DNA from: Cyanobacteria bacterium J06592_8
Lineage (GTDB): Bacteria > Cyanobacteriota > Cyanobacteriia > Cyanobacteriales > Microcoleaceae
Direction: 5' to 3'
DNA: 32,000 bases
Assembly: GCA_038530755.1 (NCBI GenBank)
Contig: JBCBCI010000021.1
Location: 6,837-38,836 of the forward strand
Shown here piece by piece: positions 19,845 through 29,610 of this stretch (position 1 is its first letter; every line of letters starts with the position of its first letter). A program made the position numbers and the translations under genes. A model generated the notes under the pieces. It was not told the DNA's origin, ran no database searches, and saw only the letters and a program-made list of their open reading frames with translations.

Positions 19845-21236
19845 TTAAATCTGCAACAGTAACACAGCGAGGGCAAAGTAAATTAATACACCGAGAATAT
19901 CAACCGTTGTTGTGATAAAGGGTGCTGACATTAATGCCGGATCTAATTTCAAGACTCGAAAGATAAACGGTAACGTTGCACCCGAAATTGAGGCAATAAT
20001 TGTAATAACAAATAAACTAATCCCAACAACGAAAGCGATGGGTAAATTTCGTTGCAAAATATAAGCCCAAATTACAGCAACAATACCTAACATTAAGCCC
20101 AGTATAGCCCCCGCGAGTCCTTCTCGAAGAATCACTTGAAAATTTCCCATCCCTCGCATTTCATCGGTACTAAACCCTCGAATAATCACTGTCGAGGATT
20201 GAGAACCCACATTTCCACCTGTATCATTGAGTAGGGGAATAAATGCAGCTAAACCAACAACTTGTTCTAGAATTTCTTCTTGAGAGGTAATAATTTTACT
20301 GGTGAATGTATTAGTCACTAATAATATTAATAACCAGAAAACTCGCTTTTTTGTAACTGCAAATAAATTAACCTGAAAATAATCATCACCTTCTGATTGA
20401 ACTCCACTTAATTTATAAATATCTTCAGTGCTTTCTTCTTGAACAATATCAAGCGCATCATCAACAGTAATAATTCCCACCAGTCGCTCTTCATAATCTA
20501 CGACAGGTACAGCTAATAAGTCATAATCTTGGATAACTCGCACGACTTCTTCTTGATCGGTTTTCGTCTGAACACATACCGAATCACGGTTCATTATTTC
20601 GCCAATTGTTTGCGCGAGTGAAGCCATGACGAGGTCTTGTAATGAAAGTGTCCCGACTAGATGCTGTTGTGAATCCGTCACATACAAATAATAAATCGTT
20701 TCAGAAACATCAGCTAAAGAACGGATATGAGCTAAACTTTGTTCTACGGTTTCGTTTTCCTTTAAACTAATATATTCAGGGGTCATTATTCGCCCGGCTG
20801 TATCGGGTTCATAACCAAGCAGCAACAAAGTAGCTTCTCGTTCTTTGGGATTTATTTCTGCATATAAACGTTGTAAGAGTTGAGGTGGCAATTCATCGAA
20901 GAGTTGAGCGCGATCATCTGGCGACATTTGATCGACAATGTCTCGAATTTCTTGACTCTGAAACTGTTCACATAAAGACTTTTGAGTAATCGGGTTAAAT
21001 TGTTCATAAACAGCAATCGCATCTTCTGTTCCCAGGAGTCGAAATGCTACAAGTTGTATATTTTCAGGTAAACCTTCTATGGCTTGAGCGATGTCAGTCG
21101 GTTGTACAGGGGAAAGGAGACTTTTAACTCCAGCAAGGTTATCCTGTGCAATTAAATTTTGAAGCTGCGCCCGGACTAAATCCCGAATTTCTTGGCGAGG
21201 AATTGTCGCCTGGGAAGATTGAGTATTAGTATTCAT
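19845..21236 (-). CDS. mgtE: Magnesium transporter MgtE (paralog 1)
   Basis: 463-aa ORF. It has an MgtE_N domain, tandem CBS domains (RIMTPEYISL ... LLAVPVVDYEERLVGIITVDD) and a 5-TM channel domain with DTGGNVGSQSS. Confidence 0.9.
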   Translation of the reverse strand: MNTNTQSSQATIPRQEIRDLVRAQLQNLIAQDNLAGVKSLLSPVQPTDIAQAIEGLPENIQLVAFRLLGTEDAIAVYEQFNPITQKSLCEQFQSQEIRDIVDQMSPDDRAQLFDELPPQLLQRLYAEINPKEREATLLLLGYEPDTAGRIMTPEYISLKENETVEQSLAHIRSLADVSETIYYLYVTDSQQHLVGTLSLQDLVMASLAQTIGEIMNRDSVCVQTKTDQEEVVRVIQDYDLLAVPVVDYEERLVGIITVDDALDIVQEESTEDIYKLSGVQSEGDDYFQVNLFAVTKKRVFWLLILLVTNTFTSKIITSQEEILEQVVGLAAFIPLLNDTGGNVGSQSSTVIIRGFSTDEMRGMGNFQVILREGLAGAILGLMLGIVAVIWAYILQRNLPIAFVVGISLFVITIIASISGATLPFIFRVLKLDPALMSAPFITTTVDILGVLIYFALAVLLLQI

Positions 21237-21407
21237 CCTGTTATTTTGTTCTGTAGTCTAATCGCTATCAATAATATGGATTGGGATTGATGTTAAATTT
21301 TTGATGGGGCAGGTTTTGATTCAATTTTTAGGTTCAAAAAATTTGACCTAAGTTTAAACCTACCCCGATCTGTTTGAACTCTTCTAATTCATTGGTGCCA
21401 CTCGCCA

Positions 21408-22805
21408 TCATATTTGTAATATTACTCGTGCCAAGTTGAAATAGATAAGAACGCCCAGAACATCAACAGCCGTTGTAATAAAAGGTGCAGACATTAAGGC
21501 AGGATCTAACCCAAATGAACGGAATAAAAATGGCAGAGCTGAACCGGCGATCGATGCCAAAATTGAAATAGCGACTAAGCTTATACCAACTGTTAAAGAG
21601 ACGGCTAAATTGCCATTCACAATAAATAAGTAAGCCCAAACGGTGGCGAGTAAACCCAAAATTGTTCCGAGCATGGCTCCGGCGGCGGCTTCACGTAGAA
21701 TCACTCGCACGGGGCCAATTTTCCAAATTTCATCGGTATTCATCCCCCGAATCACAACCGTAGAAGATTGCGCCCCCACGTTTCCACCTGTACCTGTTAA
21801 TAGGGGTATGAATGCGGCTAGAACAACAACCCTTTGTAAGACATCTTCTTGAGCCGTAATAATTCCACCTGTGACACTATTAGTCAGTAACAGTACAAAT
21901 AGCCAAACTACCCTTCGGCGAGCGGCGGTAAATAAATTCACCTGAAAATAGTTATCACCCTCGGACTGAACCCCACCCAAAGCATAGATATCTTCGGTGG
22001 TTTCCTGTTCTAAAATATCGAGAACGTCATCAACGGTGATAATTCCCACCAAGCGCTGTTCGCTATCAACAACAGGTACCGCCAGAAAGTCGTAACGTTG
22101 GATAATACGAGCGACTTCTTCTTGATCGGTATCGGTTTGAATACAAACTAAATCTCGGTTAAGAATTTCACCGATGGTCTGATCCAGTTGAGCGGTAACT
22201 AAGTCTCGCAAAGAGAGAATTCCGGTTAATTTGCGATCAGAGTCGGTGACATAGAGTGAATAAATGGTTTCAGTGACATTAGCTAAACTGCGAATCCGCT
22301 CCAAACTCTCCCCAACTGTATAATGCTCTTTCAAAGAAATATACTCTGGGGTCATAATTCGTCCGGCGGTTCCGGCTTCATACCCCAGTAACAGTGCAGT
22401 GGTCTGGCGTTCAGTGGGACTCAGTTGAGAGACTAACCGACGCACAACCGCCGCCGGGAGTTCTTCAAATAGTTTGGCTCGATCATCCGGTGACATTTTA
22501 TCAACGATATCAACGACTTCCTGGCGTTTAAATTTTTCGCAAAGAGACTGCTGAACACTGGAGTCAAGTTGTTCGTAGACTTCAATTGCTTCATCTTTGG
22601 ATAGCAGACGAAACGCAATGACTTGCATGGTCTCCGGTAAACCTTCTATAGCTTCAGCAATGTCAGCCGGTTGTACGGGAACAAGGATGGCTTTGGCGGC
22701 TTGCAGATCTTCACGTTCCAATAGGACTTGTAGTTGCGTTCGCACCAACTCCCGTAATTCCTTACGTGACATCGTTGTCAGAGTTGAGATGTTCTCCTCA
22801 GTCAA
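21408..22805 (-). CDS. mgtE: Magnesium transporter MgtE (paralog 2)
   Basis: 465-aa ORF, colinear with paralog 1 and roughly 60% identical by eye. It has the same CBS pair and a GTGGNVGAQSS pore motif. The start is either TTG at 22805 or ATG at 22772. Confidence 0.9.
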   Translation of the reverse strand: MTEENISTLTTMSRKELRELVRTQLQVLLEREDLQAAKAILVPVQPADIAEAIEGLPETMQVIAFRLLSKDEAIEVYEQLDSSVQQSLCEKFKRQEVVDIVDKMSPDDRAKLFEELPAAVVRRLVSQLSPTERQTTALLLGYEAGTAGRIMTPEYISLKEHYTVGESLERIRSLANVTETIYSLYVTDSDRKLTGILSLRDLVTAQLDQTIGEILNRDLVCIQTDTDQEEVARIIQRYDFLAVPVVDSEQRLVGIITVDDVLDILEQETTEDIYALGGVQSEGDNYFQVNLFTAARRRVVWLFVLLLTNSVTGGIITAQEDVLQRVVVLAAFIPLLTGTGGNVGAQSSTVVIRGMNTDEIWKIGPVRVILREAAAGAMLGTILGLLATVWAYLFIVNGNLAVSLTVGISLVAISILASIAGSALPFLFRSFGLDPALMSAPFITTAVDVLGVLIYFNLARVILQI

Positions 22806-22934
22806 TGGCAGCCCTCCTCAAACGAGTTCTGCATCCTAGTTTAGAAGCAAAGCGACATAATAACCCACTTTTACAGTACACAGTTAACAGTTTTGATCAA
22901 GAATGGGCATTGCCCATCCTTTGTATTCTCAACT

Positions 22935-24359
22935 TTAACTCTGGAAGTATTTGATAATGGCTTCGGCAAATTCCGAACATTTCAAGGGTTCGGCGGGGGG
23001 TTCCATTAACCGAGCTAAATCATAGGTTACTTCTCGACTGGAAATAGCCTGACCTAATCCAGTTTTAATCAAGTCTGCGGCTTCTTGCCAGCCCATATAC
23101 TCCAGCATCATTACCCCTGAAAGAATTAACGATCCAGGGTTGACGCGATCAAGTCCTGCGTGTTTGGGTGCGGTGCCGTGAGTGGCTTCAAAAATGGCAC
23201 AGTCATCGCCAATATTTGCACCTGGCCCCATTCCTAAACCTCCAACCATTGCCGCTGCCGCATCCGATAAATAATCTCCATTGAGGTTCATGGTGGCGAG
23301 GATTGAATATTCGGCAGGTCGCGTTTGAATTTGCTGGAAAATACTGTCGGCAATGCGGTCATTCACCATAATTTTTTCTTTCCATTTGCCATTGCCATGG
23401 CTGTCCCAAATCGCGGCTAAAACCTCGGCAACTTCCTGTAAAATTTCTTGGCGTTTTTCATCTGTTAACGCATCGTATCCCGGTTCAACTTTGCGAGCAT
23501 TATCTTCATTAGAAATATCAGGATTTGCTTCTTTGTTACTCAAAATCCAAGATTCACGTTCCGTAATACATTCATCGCGAAACTCAGCCGTTGCCAGTTC
23601 ATATCCCCAATCTCTAAATGCACCTTCGGTATATTTCATAATATTCCCTTTATGCACTAAAGTCACCATTTGCTTTTCTTTTGGCAACCGTAAAGCGTTC
23701 TGGATTGCCCGACGCACCAAACGCTGAGATCCCGTTTTACTGATGGGTTTAATGCCAATCCCTGAATCGAGGCGAATTTGCTTTTTACCATGTTCAGGAG
23801 TAGACGGAATCAAATCACTGTTGAGGATGTGAATCAGTTTTTGAGCAATTTCAGTGCCTTCTTTCCATTCAATTCCTAAGTAAATATCTTCTGTATTTTC
23901 CCGATAGATAATCACATCTAACTTTTCAGGAGTTTTGTGAGGAGAAGGAGTTCCCAAATAATATTTACAAGGACGAACACAAGCATAGAGGTCATTGAGT
24001 TGACGCAATGCCACGTTTAACGAACGAATTCCGCCCCCGATAGGAGTTGTCAACGGGCCTTTGATCGCCACTCCATATTCCTTGATGGCGGTGAGGGTAT
24101 CTTCCGGTAAATATTGGTAAGTGCCGTATTGTTCGCAGGCTTCGTCCCCAGCGTACACCTTGAACCAGCTAACTTTTCGCTTTCCACTGTATGCAGCTTC
24201 AATTGCAGCATCTAATACTCGTTGAGTCGCAGGCCACAGATCAATACCAGTACCATCACCACGAATAAATGGAATAATCGGATTATCAGGAACAACGGGT
24301 TCACCATTATTGAAGGTAATTTTTTCGCCTGTGGTTGGAGGAGTAATTTTTTCGTACAT
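22935..24359 (-). CDS. icd: NADP-dependent isocitrate dehydrogenase
   Basis: 474-aa ORF with typical bacterial/cyanobacterial IDH blocks: [45 protein letters not shown] and HGTAPKHAG. Confidence 0.95.
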   Translation of the reverse strand: MYEKITPPTTGEKITFNNGEPVVPDNPIIPFIRGDGTGIDLWPATQRVLDAAIEAAYSGKRKVSWFKVYAGDEACEQYGTYQYLPEDTLTAIKEYGVAIKGPLTTPIGGGIRSLNVALRQLNDLYACVRPCKYYLGTPSPHKTPEKLDVIIYRENTEDIYLGIEWKEGTEIAQKLIHILNSDLIPSTPEHGKKQIRLDSGIGIKPISKTGSQRLVRRAIQNALRLPKEKQMVTLVHKGNIMKYTEGAFRDWGYELATAEFRDECITERESWILSNKEANPDISNEDNARKVEPGYDALTDEKRQEILQEVAEVLAAIWDSHGNGKWKEKIMVNDRIADSIFQQIQTRPAEYSILATMNLNGDYLSDAAAAMVGGLGMGPGANIGDDCAIFEATHGTAPKHAGLDRVNPGSLILSGVMMLEYMGWQEAADLIKTGLGQAISSREVTYDLARLMEPPAEPLKCSEFAEAIIKYFQS

Positions 24360-24621
24360 TGTCTAATCCTATCGCATCAAATTGAGTTGACAGAACGGAT
24401 ATTTGAATGGTGATCCGCTTGCACCTTGTTCACGATTTTTGACGACAATTGCAACAAATCATCAAGACCTCTACAATTTCTTTAGGATCGTTGCGGTCAG
24501 GTCATCCCGTTAAAATCAAAACCGATAACCCAATTTTTTTGCAGAATCTTATTATACAAAATCGACCTTCCTGTTCCTGTATTAAAAAATGCTGAATTCT
24601 TAGCCCAACCCAGCAGTAACG

Positions 24622-25467
24622 TTAAAGTTCTAATGGGGCAATAAAGCCGAGCTTTTCCTGGAGAATATATCGTAACACCGCTTGAGTCACCGCAATTAAT
24701 CCCAGTCGAGCTTGGGCGAATTCTGGAGTTTCGAGTTTAACTTCTCCCCAAATTCGACATTGACCATAAAATTCTTGAAAGGTATCAGAAATTAGATTTG
24801 CTTTAGTTTTCCAGTATTTTTGATCTGATGAAGTTTGATCTAGATCAAAAGTTGTCAGGAGTTGACTAATTAATCGTCGTTCACTATGATGTTGAAGTCG
24901 AAGTTTGCGCTCGCACTCTAGCCAGGGAATGGGATCGGGTTCCCGGAATAACCACAGCGCAGGAGTCCTTTGCAACTGGGGTTCCGCTAAGGAGATGATC
25001 CGATCGCGATCGGCTAGCCGCAACAGAGAACAACAACGGGCATGAGCATACTGTATCTTAAATAAGCTTTGATCATCATTTTCGATGAACACTTCGGTTG
25101 AGGAAACGGGAAGACTCGATAAAGGTAGAGGAGTTTGAGTCATCTGTTGTAACCAAGTCGCGATCGCTTGATCGGTTAATTCAAATGCAATTATTCCTGA
25201 TGGGGTAACACTAATGATAATCTCAATCCATTCACTTTCACCAGAAAGCCCTTGTAAAATTTGAGTCGCCATCTCTACGGGATGATGATTATTTATTTTT
25301 GCTAATTTCAAAGCGATCGCACAGTGATATCGGATCGGCCAAGAATCTTTAAGAACATAAACCGGGATCTCCTGGAGATTGATATTAATGTCTTGAAATT
25401 GAATGTGCGGGTAGAGGTTGTCAATCAAAAAACATCGAACTCGGTGATCTTTTATCAGACTATTCAT
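24622..25467 (-). CDS. Stand-alone DALR anticodon-binding-domain-like protein (arginyl-tRNA synthetase C-terminal-like)
   Basis: 281-aa ORF. The block IQYAHARCCSLLRLA resembles the conserved YAHAR.CS..R helix of the ArgRS DALR domain. No catalytic Rossmann domain is present. Confidence 0.5.
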   Translation of the reverse strand: MNSLIKDHRVRCFLIDNLYPHIQFQDININLQEIPVYVLKDSWPIRYHCAIALKLAKINNHHPVEMATQILQGLSGESEWIEIIISVTPSGIIAFELTDQAIATWLQQMTQTPLPLSSLPVSSTEVFIENDDQSLFKIQYAHARCCSLLRLADRDRIISLAEPQLQRTPALWLFREPDPIPWLECERKLRLQHHSERRLISQLLTTFDLDQTSSDQKYWKTKANLISDTFQEFYGQCRIWGEVKLETPEFAQARLGLIAVTQAVLRYILQEKLGFIAPLEL

Positions 25468-25795
25468 CAGACCTTGTGTAACAATTCTTGATCAAGTCCG
25501 TAAAAATTATCCTTCTGGGTAGATTGTTACCGCAAGTTCCGGAACCTTTGTACAATCTTGTGTAGGTTCCTCTAGCCTTCCTTGGAGCCAGACCCTCTAT
25601 GAATTCAATCTCAGATCAGACAGATGATGTGTTTTTTGCTACATTAGAAGAATAGCTCAGATTGATACAAGCAGTGTATAAAGTGTAGCCCGCTTCGGTG
25701 TAACTGACTTGGTGTAAAGTTTCACTCTCGATGCTTTCAAAAAAGCATATTGAGCCTCTCTACTGTCCTTGAAAACTCTCATCTATTATAGTCCT

Positions 25796-26527
25796 ATGCA
25801 GTCAACCTCTGTATCCTCTGGAACCACAACCAATCGCCCTTTTTTAACCTGGCAGCGTATTATTGATTGGGCGCAGGAACATTACCGCTGTCGCAACTTT
25901 GACAAAGATGAGCGAATCCCTGCCCGTCCAGGTTTACTATACCTAGTACAACGTGGTTCTGTTCGTCTTGTCGGTAGCGCCCAACTTGGAGTCGCTTTCA
26001 ACTCATCCAAGTCAAAAGTCTCTCGTCGTCGGAATCTTGATGAAGCATTTTTGGGTTTTGTGGGTGCAGGTCAACCCTTTGAATTAGTCGCCCAGTCACC
26101 TTTTTCACTACAAGCTTATGCTCATACCGATGAGACAACAGTTGTCTGGATGTACTGGGAAGACCTAGATAACTGGCCCCATTTCCGTCGAGAAGTTTTA
26201 GATGCCTTTCGCTATCAACATCAGCGTAAATTATTGTGGCTAAGTACCCTGGGCCAACGTCGAACCATTGACCGATTATTAGGCTTTTTAACACTTTTAG
26301 TTGAAGAATACGGAGAATATTACGTTAACGAGAGTGAAGAAAATCCCTTTCGGGGCTATTGTTTGCCCTGGTCTTTAACTCACTCTCAAATCGGTAGTGC
26401 GATCGGTTCGACACGGGTAACGGTAACACGATTGATGGGTAAATTACGGGCTTCAGGATTAATTTATACCCAAGGCGATAATTTAATTTGTCTACCTGAA
26501 GAACTTGAAGGCGAACAATCTTCCTAA
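25796..26527 (+). CDS. Crp/Fnr-family transcriptional regulator (NtcA-like HTH)
   Basis: I prefer the ATG at 25796; the track start at 25769 is TTG. The C-terminal HTH SHSQIGSAIGSTRVTVTRLMGKLRASGLI is close to the NtcA recognition helix region. The N-terminal part is a cNMP-binding-like beta-barrel. Confidence 0.8.
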   Translation: MQSTSVSSGTTTNRPFLTWQRIIDWAQEHYRCRNFDKDERIPARPGLLYLVQRGSVRLVGSAQLGVAFNSSKSKVSRRRNLDEAFLGFVGAGQPFELVAQSPFSLQAYAHTDETTVVWMYWEDLDNWPHFRREVLDAFRYQHQRKLLWLSTLGQRRTIDRLLGFLTLLVEEYGEYYVNESEENPFRGYCLPWSLTHSQIGSAIGSTRVTVTRLMGKLRASGLIYTQGDNLICLPEELEGEQSS

Positions 26528-26620
26528 TTGAGTGCGGTTTGATTTGTAAATAGAACAAACTGATCTTTAGGGTGCATCTTATGTTAATCAGATTTTTTGA
26601 TCAGATTTTTGAACGAATGA

Positions 26621-26660
26621 CTTGGTAAATCTTTTTTGCCAAGTTATTTGATTTGGGTTT
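26621..26660 (+). terminator. Rho-independent terminator candidate after the Crp-family gene
   Basis: The stem is cttggtaa / ttgccaag (8 bp including one G-U, 7-nt loop, 26621-26643). It is followed by the T-rich ttatttgatttgggttttt. Confidence 0.4.
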
Positions 26661-26681
26661 TTGTAATTTTGACGATTTGTG

Positions 26682-27122
26682 ATGGATAAAAAAGCTATTC
26701 AAATCCGTTTAGTTCACAACGAATCTGAACAGCAAGCTTTGTATTTTCAGCGTTGGTTAGTCTTGCGATCGCCCTTGGGTTTACCTCAAGGAACAGAACA
26801 GGATGAGTATGAACATCAGTCTGTTCATCTGATCGCCATTCTCGATGATCAAATCGTTGGTTCTGTTCGCCTTCGTACCCTTGCAAATAACATCGGTAGC
26901 CTTGCCTATCTCGCGGTATTACCTCAGTTTCAAGGACAAGGAATTGGTACACAACTCGTCAAACACCTGATTAAAATTGCTCAAGATCAAGGACTTCCAA
27001 CTGTTAGGGCGATGGCTCGGAAAGAGATGCTTGGGTTTTACCAGAAACTCGGGTTTGAGCCAAAGGGAGATGAGGTTGAGTTTTTAGGAAAGCCTCACCA
27101 GTTTGTTTACTTGCAACTGTAA
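26682..27122 (+). CDS. GNAT-family N-acetyltransferase
   Basis: About 146 aa. The acetyl-CoA binding motif A is LAVLPQFQGQGIGTQLV. The ATG at 26682 lies 1 codon inside the GTG track start. Confidence 0.8.
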   Translation: MDKKAIQIRLVHNESEQQALYFQRWLVLRSPLGLPQGTEQDEYEHQSVHLIAILDDQIVGSVRLRTLANNIGSLAYLAVLPQFQGQGIGTQLVKHLIKIAQDQGLPTVRAMARKEMLGFYQKLGFEPKGDEVEFLGKPHQFVYLQL

Positions 27123-28119
27123 CGGGTTCTGGCATTTCTTGAGGAACTTGTTCGGTGAAATCATCCGAGAAAATATGTAATTGATCCACATAATACTTAA
27201 CAAATAAAACAGGTTTCTCCATCGTGCAAGACCCTTTCAAAACAACTGTTTTTTCATCATCTCGAACAATTTCAGCTCGACATAACTTCCGAGTTTCGTC
27301 TGGCTTTTGAATACTCAGTTCAACTTCAAACCAGCTTTTATCCGAACCTTGTTTTAAAATCTTGGCAGAAATTTTATATTTAAACCAATCCCAGCCAAAT
27401 TGTAGCATTAAAGTCTGTTCCAGCACCTGAAGTTCGTAGGGTAAAATACTCCAACCGCGATAAATTTGATTGAAGATTTCTAGACTCCCCTCACGGGTGA
27501 CAACTGAACAAAACGACTCTACATCTAACCCACCATAATACCGTCCATCTGGAAAGGTAATTGCAGTCGGTGCAAAACGATGACCTCCGAAATGACTGGC
27601 TTGCCAAACTCGGATATTTTCTAATTTTAAATGATGTAATTTTGCGATCGCCTGTTTATAAAACGGAATTCCATATTTCCCACAACATTTATCGTGACGT
27701 CCGTGAGTACACACAAGAATATCTTGATAATCTTCTGAGGAGACAATCGGATTTAGCGGTTCTCCATTCAGAAAATCAGTGACAATTGCTGGAACTTCTT
27801 CTAGAGTATCAACCCCAAACTCATAGCGCTGATAACCTCCACAAAAATCACCCTGTTCTTGATGGTAAATTAAAACTGTTTTTTGTTGATTTAAAAGACA
27901 TAAATTCCGACGAATCAGCAAAAACCGAATAGACTGCCCCTCCGTTTCTAACTGAGCCATGAGTGCTTTTAAATTCTCAGGAATACCGGGTGATTTCAAA
28001 GCACTGCAACTCCAAGGCTCGGAATATTCTATTAAAACATAAGTTTGATGATGAGTTGCACTCCCGATTTTATCTTCTAAGACTTCACGGGAAGAATCAG
28101 CGCAAAAGAATCGAGTCAT
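27004..28119 (-). CDS. Sucrase/ferredoxin-like thioredoxin-like [2Fe-2S] ferredoxin (Apd1/Aim32-type Cys2His2 motif) with an extra C-terminal domain
   Basis: 371-aa ORF with a strong SD (aaggag) upstream of the ATG. The motif is CTHGRHDKCCGKYG ... 29 aa ... SHFGGHRFAP, that is Cys-X8-Cys ... His-X-Gly-Gly-His. The last about 40 codons overlap the GNAT gene on the opposite strand. Confidence 0.75.
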   Translation of the reverse strand: MTRFFCADSSREVLEDKIGSATHHQTYVLIEYSEPWSCSALKSPGIPENLKALMAQLETEGQSIRFLLIRRNLCLLNQQKTVLIYHQEQGDFCGGYQRYEFGVDTLEEVPAIVTDFLNGEPLNPIVSSEDYQDILVCTHGRHDKCCGKYGIPFYKQAIAKLHHLKLENIRVWQASHFGGHRFAPTAITFPDGRYYGGLDVESFCSVVTREGSLEIFNQIYRGWSILPYELQVLEQTLMLQFGWDWFKYKISAKILKQGSDKSWFEVELSIQKPDETRKLCRAEIVRDDEKTVVLKGSCTMEKPVLFVKYYVDQLHIFSDDFTEQVPQEMPEPVTVASKQTGEAFLKTQPHLPLAQTRVSGKTQASLSEPSP

Positions 28120-28220
28120 TTTTTCTCCTTCTTGTTTGTTTTTTAGTGGTTCGCTCCATGTTCAATCACCCCTCAAAGTTTTAATTAAGTTAGTTTGAAT
28201 GTAGTTCGTTTGAAGTCAAA

Positions 28221-29402
28221 CTATCGAGATTCAACAACAAGAATCCCTTCTTGTACCAAACGTGTAAGCAAAGGAACTAGATCGAGTTCCCAGTCAAAAT
28301 CCGGTAGCCATTGCAACACCTCCTCACCTGTAAACTCTGACTGTTGAAAGAGTTTTTCCCAGACTGCACGGGGAACACCTGTCAAAAAAACTTCTTTTCC
28401 TTGAGTTGTAATTCGATAGGAATCTACATCCGGCAAATCGAAAATTTGGACTCGTTGAAAAGGTTGTGTTTTAAAGGTTGTCAGTTGATCTTGAGGAAAA
28501 ATATTAAATCCCATTTGCTGCGGTAAACTGTATTTTGTAATGGGTTTACCCAAAGCATTGAGATATTGTATATATTCGTTGATGCGATCTGAATCAATTA
28601 AATCTTCAGATAAACTTTGACTCAGTTGTTGCAAGTGCTGTTTTAGATCGACTGTATCTTGGGGAAGCGGTAAACTCGCTCGCCACTCTTCATTATTCCG
28701 TAATTGATTAGCCCACCACTCTAACCAATCAATTCCGGTTTTTGTATGAATTCCTAATGTTAAATGCAGTGAAGGTGTATCTCCCGCTACAGCATAATGC
28801 CAATGTCCGCGTGGAATATACAACACATCTCCCGGCGATAACATACAGTTTAAATAGGGTGGATCTTCGGGGGGAGAAAGCGTTACAGATTTTTGATCTT
28901 TTAACGGGAATTTTAACGTCTCAGAAAAGACATTCCAAGTTTTGCATCCCTCAATTTGGAGGATAAAAACATCATGGGTGTCGTAATGACTCGAAAATCC
29001 CTGTTTTTGAGGAAAGGAAGCGTAAGCATTAATTTGGGTGGCGTAGCCTAACTCCCATCTCAACGCTGCTGTCCATTTCGCAAGATCTGGGACCCACTCA
29101 TGCACCCGATCTATGATTAATGTTGCACCTTGTTGCAACCAATGGGTTAGTTGTTGAATTTCATTTGCATCTAAGACCTTGCCCTCTAGGGCTAATCGCA
29201 AGTCTGGATATTGCAAAGGACTGAAGTTGAGCAAATAATTTAATGTCTCCCAGGAAAACAAACTGGCAAACTGATGGGGTTCATCCGCCGGAATTCGCAA
29301 GGCTTGAGTCGTCCAATGATGGTCGAAAAATTCTCCAACGGGATAGGGATGTAATAGCTTGGCTAGAACCTTCATAATCGTGTTGTCTGTATCATCAGCC
29401 AC
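28221..29402 (-). CDS. JmjC / cupin_4 Fe(II)/2-oxoglutarate oxygenase, ribosomal-oxygenase (YcfD/RoxA)-like
   Basis: 393-aa ORF. The facial triad candidate is HYDTHD ... GDVLYIPRGHWHYAV. It has an about-150-aa helical middle region and a C-terminal region consistent with a winged helix. The start is uncertain: GTG at 29402 or ATG at 29375. Confidence 0.75.
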   Translation of the reverse strand: MADDTDNTIMKVLAKLLHPYPVGEFFDHHWTTQALRIPADEPHQFASLFSWETLNYLLNFSPLQYPDLRLALEGKVLDANEIQQLTHWLQQGATLIIDRVHEWVPDLAKWTAALRWELGYATQINAYASFPQKQGFSSHYDTHDVFILQIEGCKTWNVFSETLKFPLKDQKSVTLSPPEDPPYLNCMLSPGDVLYIPRGHWHYAVAGDTPSLHLTLGIHTKTGIDWLEWWANQLRNNEEWRASLPLPQDTVDLKQHLQQLSQSLSEDLIDSDRINEYIQYLNALGKPITKYSLPQQMGFNIFPQDQLTTFKTQPFQRVQIFDLPDVDSYRITTQGKEVFLTGVPRAVWEKLFQQSEFTGEEVLQWLPDFDWELDLVPLLTRLVQEGILVVESR

Positions 29403-29610
29403 TAATGCAAAATTTTCTCAATAAATTTGGCTTCTAAAAAACCGTAACTGATGAATTTAGTAGGTATTGACTCGGTATTTAATAACTTAACTCTAACGCA
29501 GAATTTTACAATCCTGCTTTAGATACTTAAGCCAACCTATATACCCCTATAATCCCCAGTTACGGCTTATGAGAACGCTATTAGAAAACGTATCTCAGCA
29601 AAATCGAGTC

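Noticed and set aside
21237-22934. Possible M-box (Mg2+) riboswitches upstream of either mgtE copy.
   Set aside because: The leaders are 171 nt and 129 nt. The second also has to hold the icd 3' end, with a small atgggc-aat-gcccat hairpin. I saw no recognisable multi-helix M-box architecture, only simple hairpins.
24360-24621. An NtcA site (GTA-N8-TAC) expected upstream of icd.
   Set aside because: The only near-miss found is gta-ttaaaaaa-tgc around 24579-24592, and no true GTA-N8-TAC is present. I cannot support a site.
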